Assembly (NCBI GenBank): GCA_045648325.1
Contig: JAZRNU010000097.1
Span: 1 to 33,317 of the forward strand
Reading direction: 5' to 3'
Length of the DNA: 33,317 bases
From: Eubacteriales bacterium
GTDB taxonomy: Bacteria > Bacillota > Clostridia > Oscillospirales > RGIG5299
The notes beneath the pieces were generated by a model. The model was given only the letters and a program-made list of their open reading frames with translations. It had not been told where the DNA came from and searched no databases. Below are positions 30,254 through 33,317 of this stretch, in pieces (position 1 is the first letter of the stretch; each line of letters opens with the position of its first letter). Position numbers and translations under genes: made by a program.

Positions 30254-31549
30254 ATGAAAAAAGCACTTCTTTCGCCCCGCTTTACCGCCGCGCTTATAAT
30301 TTTTTCTCTTATAGGTCAGGTGGCGTGGGTAGTTGAAAATATGTATTTCAACGTTTTTATCTACAAGACCTTCAACGCATCGGCAGGCGACATTTCTCTT
30401 ATGGTTGCCGCCTCTGCAATAACCGCAACCCTTACCACCGTTTTTATGGGTGCTTTATCGGATAAAATAGGCAAACGCAAGCTCTTTATTTCGGTGGGAT
30501 ATATTCTCTGGGGCGTTTCGATCTTTTCATTCGTTTTTCTTTGCACCGGCCAGTTTTCAAAAACAACGGCGCTTACCGCATCTGCAGCCGCACTCGGCGT
30601 TTCGCTTACGATAATTCTTGACTGCGTTATGACCTTCTTTGGCTCAACCGCAAATGACGCCGCCTTTAACGCCTGGCTTACCGACTCAACCGATTCCTCA
30701 AACCGCGGCGCCGCAGAGGGCTTAAACGCTATGATGCCGCTTGTTGCAATACTTGTTGTTTTCGGCGGATTTATGTTTTTCGATCTTGAAAAATCCCAAA
30801 GCTGGCTCGTGATATTCACGGTAATCGGCGTTGCGGTAACGCTTATCGGTATTCTCGGTCTTTTCCTTATCAAGGAGCCCGAAATAAAGCCCGTTACCGA
30901 AAGCTATTTTAAAACCATCACCTACGGCTTTTTGCCACGCACCGTAAAGGAAAACCGCAGACTTTACCTCTCGCTTTTGCTTTTTGTAATTTTCAACATT
31001 TCAATTCAGATCTTTATGCCCTACTTGATAATCTACTACGAGGTTTCCCTCAAAATGACCGATTACGTCCTTATTATGGCGCCCGCAATAGTAATTGCAT
31101 CGGTGGTAACTGCTCTTTGGGGCAGAGTTTACGATAAAAAGGGCTTTTCATTCTCCGGGCTTTTAGCGCTTATTTCCCTTGTTTCAGGATATTTACTTCT
31201 CATTTTGTTTACCGATAAGCTCTTTGTTTTCATCGGTTCCCTCTTTATGATGAGTGGCTACCTTGCGGGAATGGCGGTGTTTGGCGCCTCTATCCGCGAT
31301 AACACCCCCAAGGGCAAATCGGGAATGCTTCAGGGAGTTAGAATTTTTGCGCAAGTATTTATTCCCGGCATAGTAGGTCCGTATATCGGCAAGCTCGTGC
31401 TTGCAAACGCCGAAACGATAGTAAACGGCGACGGCACTACCTCCTTCATTCCAAACCAGAGCATCTTCGTTGCCGCCGCAATCGCGGTAATTCCCGTTAT
31501 TTGTTATTTCATTCTGTTATCCTTGAAAGGCAGAGATAAAAATGCTTAA
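30254..31549 (+). CDS. MFS-type sugar/glycoside transporter
   Basis: The track start at 30107 runs through the terminator. The ATG at 30254 has AAAAGGAG 7 nt upstream. About 12 hydrophobic helices and a GALSDKIGKRK loop (MFS motif A-like). Confidence 0.8.
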   Translation: MKKALLSPRFTAALIIFSLIGQVAWVVENMYFNVFIYKTFNASAGDISLMVAASAITATLTTVFMGALSDKIGKRKLFISVGYILWGVSIFSFVFLCTGQFSKTTALTASAAALGVSLTIILDCVMTFFGSTANDAAFNAWLTDSTDSSNRGAAEGLNAMMPLVAILVVFGGFMFFDLEKSQSWLVIFTVIGVAVTLIGILGLFLIKEPEIKPVTESYFKTITYGFLPRTVKENRRLYLSLLLFVIFNISIQIFMPYLIIYYEVSLKMTDYVLIMAPAIVIASVVTALWGRVYDKKGFSFSGLLALISLVSGYLLLILFTDKLFVFIGSLFMMSGYLAGMAVFGASIRDNTPKGKSGMLQGVRIFAQVFIPGIVGPYIGKLVLANAETIVNGDGTTSFIPNQSIFVAAAIAVIPVICYFILLSLKGRDKNA

Positions 31550-33251
31550 AACACCCTTTGAAAAAGATTTTTCCGAAAACGGAATTCCCTTTTCAAGCTA
31601 TCCCCGTCCCCAATTCAAAAGAGAAAGCTACCTTTGTTTAAACGGCAAATGGAGCTTTACGATCCTTGGCAAAAATCCCTTTGAAGGCGAAATAACGGTG
31701 CCCTTTCCGCCAGAAAGCCGTCTTTCAGGCGTTGAAAGATATATTGAAAAAGAGGATATTCTCGTTTATTCCCGCCGTTTTTCACTCCCTGCAGACTTCA
31801 ATAAGGGAAAGGTAGTAATCAACTTCGGCGCCGCCGACCAGTATGCCGACGTTTTTATAAACGGCACCCTTGCAGGCAGTCACGAGGGCGGATATCTCCC
31901 CTTTTCCTTTGATATAACCGACCTTCTGAAGGAGGGAGAAAACGAGATTACCGTAAATGTTTCCGACCCGCTTGACAAAGCCCTTCCCTACGGCAAGCAA
32001 ACCGAAAAGTCAAAGGGAATGTGGTATACAAAGGTAAGCGGCATCTGGCAAACGGTCTGGCTCGAAAGCCTTCCCGAAGGTCATATTGAAAAAATAAAGG
32101 TAACCCCCGCAGATGAAGGCGTTTTAATAAAGGTAAAGGGTGGCGCAGAGAAAAAGCTCCTTACCGTAAAGGCGCCCGACCGCACCCTCTTTTACTCCTT
32201 TAAGGGCGAAAGCATCTTTGTAAAAATCGATAACCCCCGCCTCTGGTCGCCTTGCGACCCCTATCTTTACGATTTTACCCTTTCCTCGGGAAATGACACG
32301 GTAAAATCCTATTTTGCCATTCGCACCGTTTCAATAGAAACAGCAAACGGCACCCCCTATATTTGCTTAAACAAAAAGCCCTATTTCTTTAACGGACTTT
32401 TGGATCAGGGCTATTTCCCCGACGGCATCTTCCTTCCCGCCACCGAAAAGGGCCTTGAAAACGATATTCTCACAATGAAGCGCTGCGGCTTTAACACCCT
32501 TCGCAAGCATATAAAGCTTGAGCCCGACCTTTTCTATTACTACTGCGACAAGCACGGTATGATAGTTTTTCAGGATATGATAAACAACGGCAAATACAGC
32601 TTTTTCAAGGATACCGTTTTGCCCACTCTCGGCTTCAAATCGGGCTTTGAGCACCGCGCCTCAAAAAGGCAGAAAAAAGCCTTTTTAGAAAGCTCAACGG
32701 GAATTATCGAACACCTTTATAACCACCCCTCCGTTTGCTACTACACCGTATTCAACGAGGGCTGGGGTCAGTTTGACGCCGACGGCTGCTACGGATATTT
32801 AAAATCGCTTGACAAAACGAGAATATTTGACGCCACCTCGGGCTGGTTTGTAAAAAACAAAAGCGACGTTTCAAGCCACCACGTTTATTTCAAGGCGCTT
32901 GACCTTAAAAAATCCCCCTCAAGGCCTCTCGTCCTTTCGGAGTTCGGCGGCTATTCCTATAAAATACCAAAGCATTCCTTTAACCTTAAAAATACCTACG
33001 GCTACCGCTTCTTCAAGGACGCAACCGAATTTTCGCGCGCCTTTACCTCGCTTTACGAAAACGAGGTTGCCGCAATGATAAAGCGCGGGCTTTCTGCGGC
33101 AATCTACACCCAGGTAAGCGACGTTGAGGACGAAACAAACGGACTTTTCACCTACGACCGCGAGATTTTAAAGCTTACCCCCGAAGAACTTTCTTCAATA
33201 AACGAAAAGCTTTACTCGCTCTTTTTTGAAATCACCACCACGGAGAAATAA
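31542..33251 (+). CDS. Glycoside hydrolase family 2 enzyme
   Basis: GH2 sugar-binding domain (VFINGTLAGSHEGGYLPFSFDIT), TIM-barrel segment (CGFNTLRKHIKLEP...) and NHPSVCYYTVFNEGWGQ acid/base region. The start overlaps the MFS stop by 8 nt. Confidence 0.85.
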   Translation: MLKTPFEKDFSENGIPFSSYPRPQFKRESYLCLNGKWSFTILGKNPFEGEITVPFPPESRLSGVERYIEKEDILVYSRRFSLPADFNKGKVVINFGAADQYADVFINGTLAGSHEGGYLPFSFDITDLLKEGENEITVNVSDPLDKALPYGKQTEKSKGMWYTKVSGIWQTVWLESLPEGHIEKIKVTPADEGVLIKVKGGAEKKLLTVKAPDRTLFYSFKGESIFVKIDNPRLWSPCDPYLYDFTLSSGNDTVKSYFAIRTVSIETANGTPYICLNKKPYFFNGLLDQGYFPDGIFLPATEKGLENDILTMKRCGFNTLRKHIKLEPDLFYYYCDKHGMIVFQDMINNGKYSFFKDTVLPTLGFKSGFEHRASKRQKKAFLESSTGIIEHLYNHPSVCYYTVFNEGWGQFDADGCYGYLKSLDKTRIFDATSGWFVKNKSDVSSHHVYFKALDLKKSPSRPLVLSEFGGYSYKIPKHSFNLKNTYGYRFFKDATEFSRAFTSLYENEVAAMIKRGLSAAIYTQVSDVEDETNGLFTYDREILKLTPEELSSINEKLYSLFFEITTTEK

Positions 33252-33252
33252 A

Positions 33253-33317
33253 ATGCAAAAAGCAAGAAAAATTCTTTCGCTTTTCACAACCTTCTTGAAA
33301 ATCGGCGCCTTTACCTT
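33253..33317 (+). CDS. Chromate transporter (ChrA) family protein, N-terminal 21 codons only
   Basis: Not in the track. ATG at 33253 with GGAG 7 nt upstream. MQKARKILSLFTTFLKIGAFT matches the FLKIGxxxFGG start of CHR-family proteins. The gene is truncated by the window edge. Confidence 0.5.
   Translation, partial: MQKARKILSLFTTFLKIGAFT

Noticed and set aside
1-33317. tRNA, rRNA, CRISPR arrays, IS elements, transposases, integrases and known defence-system genes
   Set aside because: The intergenic regions are short and are accounted for by promoters and terminators. There are no spaced direct-repeat arrays, no tRNA-like T-arm sequences, no recombinase/transposase-like ORFs and no recognisable defence domains in any frame I read.

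Overview
Chromosomal window from a Firmicute, probably a Clostridia/Oscillospirales-type genome (inferred from gene content, lipoboxes and AGGAGG-type ribosome binding sites). Most genes are on the minus strand. It falls into three blocks. (1) 169-8719 is a compact phage-derived module, all on the minus strand and tightly overlapping: small terminase, large terminase, 62-aa membrane peptide, portal, scaffold, major capsid, 191-aa putative adaptor, 564-aa beta-rich putative tail protein, 262-aa coiled-coil protein and a holin. Both of its ends lie inside the window: typA with its own promoter on the left, and a divergent lipoprotein operon on the right. No integrase, replication, repressor, receptor-binding or endolysin gene is present. 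It therefore looks like a stand-alone packaging and particle module, either GTA-like, satellite-like or domesticated. This is my main candidate for something undescribed. (2) 8753-15864 is an accessory surface/secretome block. It holds two tandem beta-helix lipoproteins, an ORF missing from the track that encodes a 53-aa Cys-rich membrane peptide, a lipoprotein with three Cys/His repeats, and an A+T-rich islet. The islet carries a ricin-lectin/Big_2/metzincin protease translationally coupled to a small lipoprotein. (3) 16018-33317 is core metabolism and stress: a yerC-methyltransferase-hslO-DUF362 operon, gdhA, mntP, a nucleotidyltransferase/PGM-like fusion, PadR-DUF1700-DUF4097, aconitase-icd-rex, a sugar isomerase-MFS-GH2 cluster and the start of a chromate transporter. 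Several near-consensus sigma-A promoters and intrinsic terminators can be read directly. I saw no rRNA, tRNA, CRISPR array, IS element or transposase.
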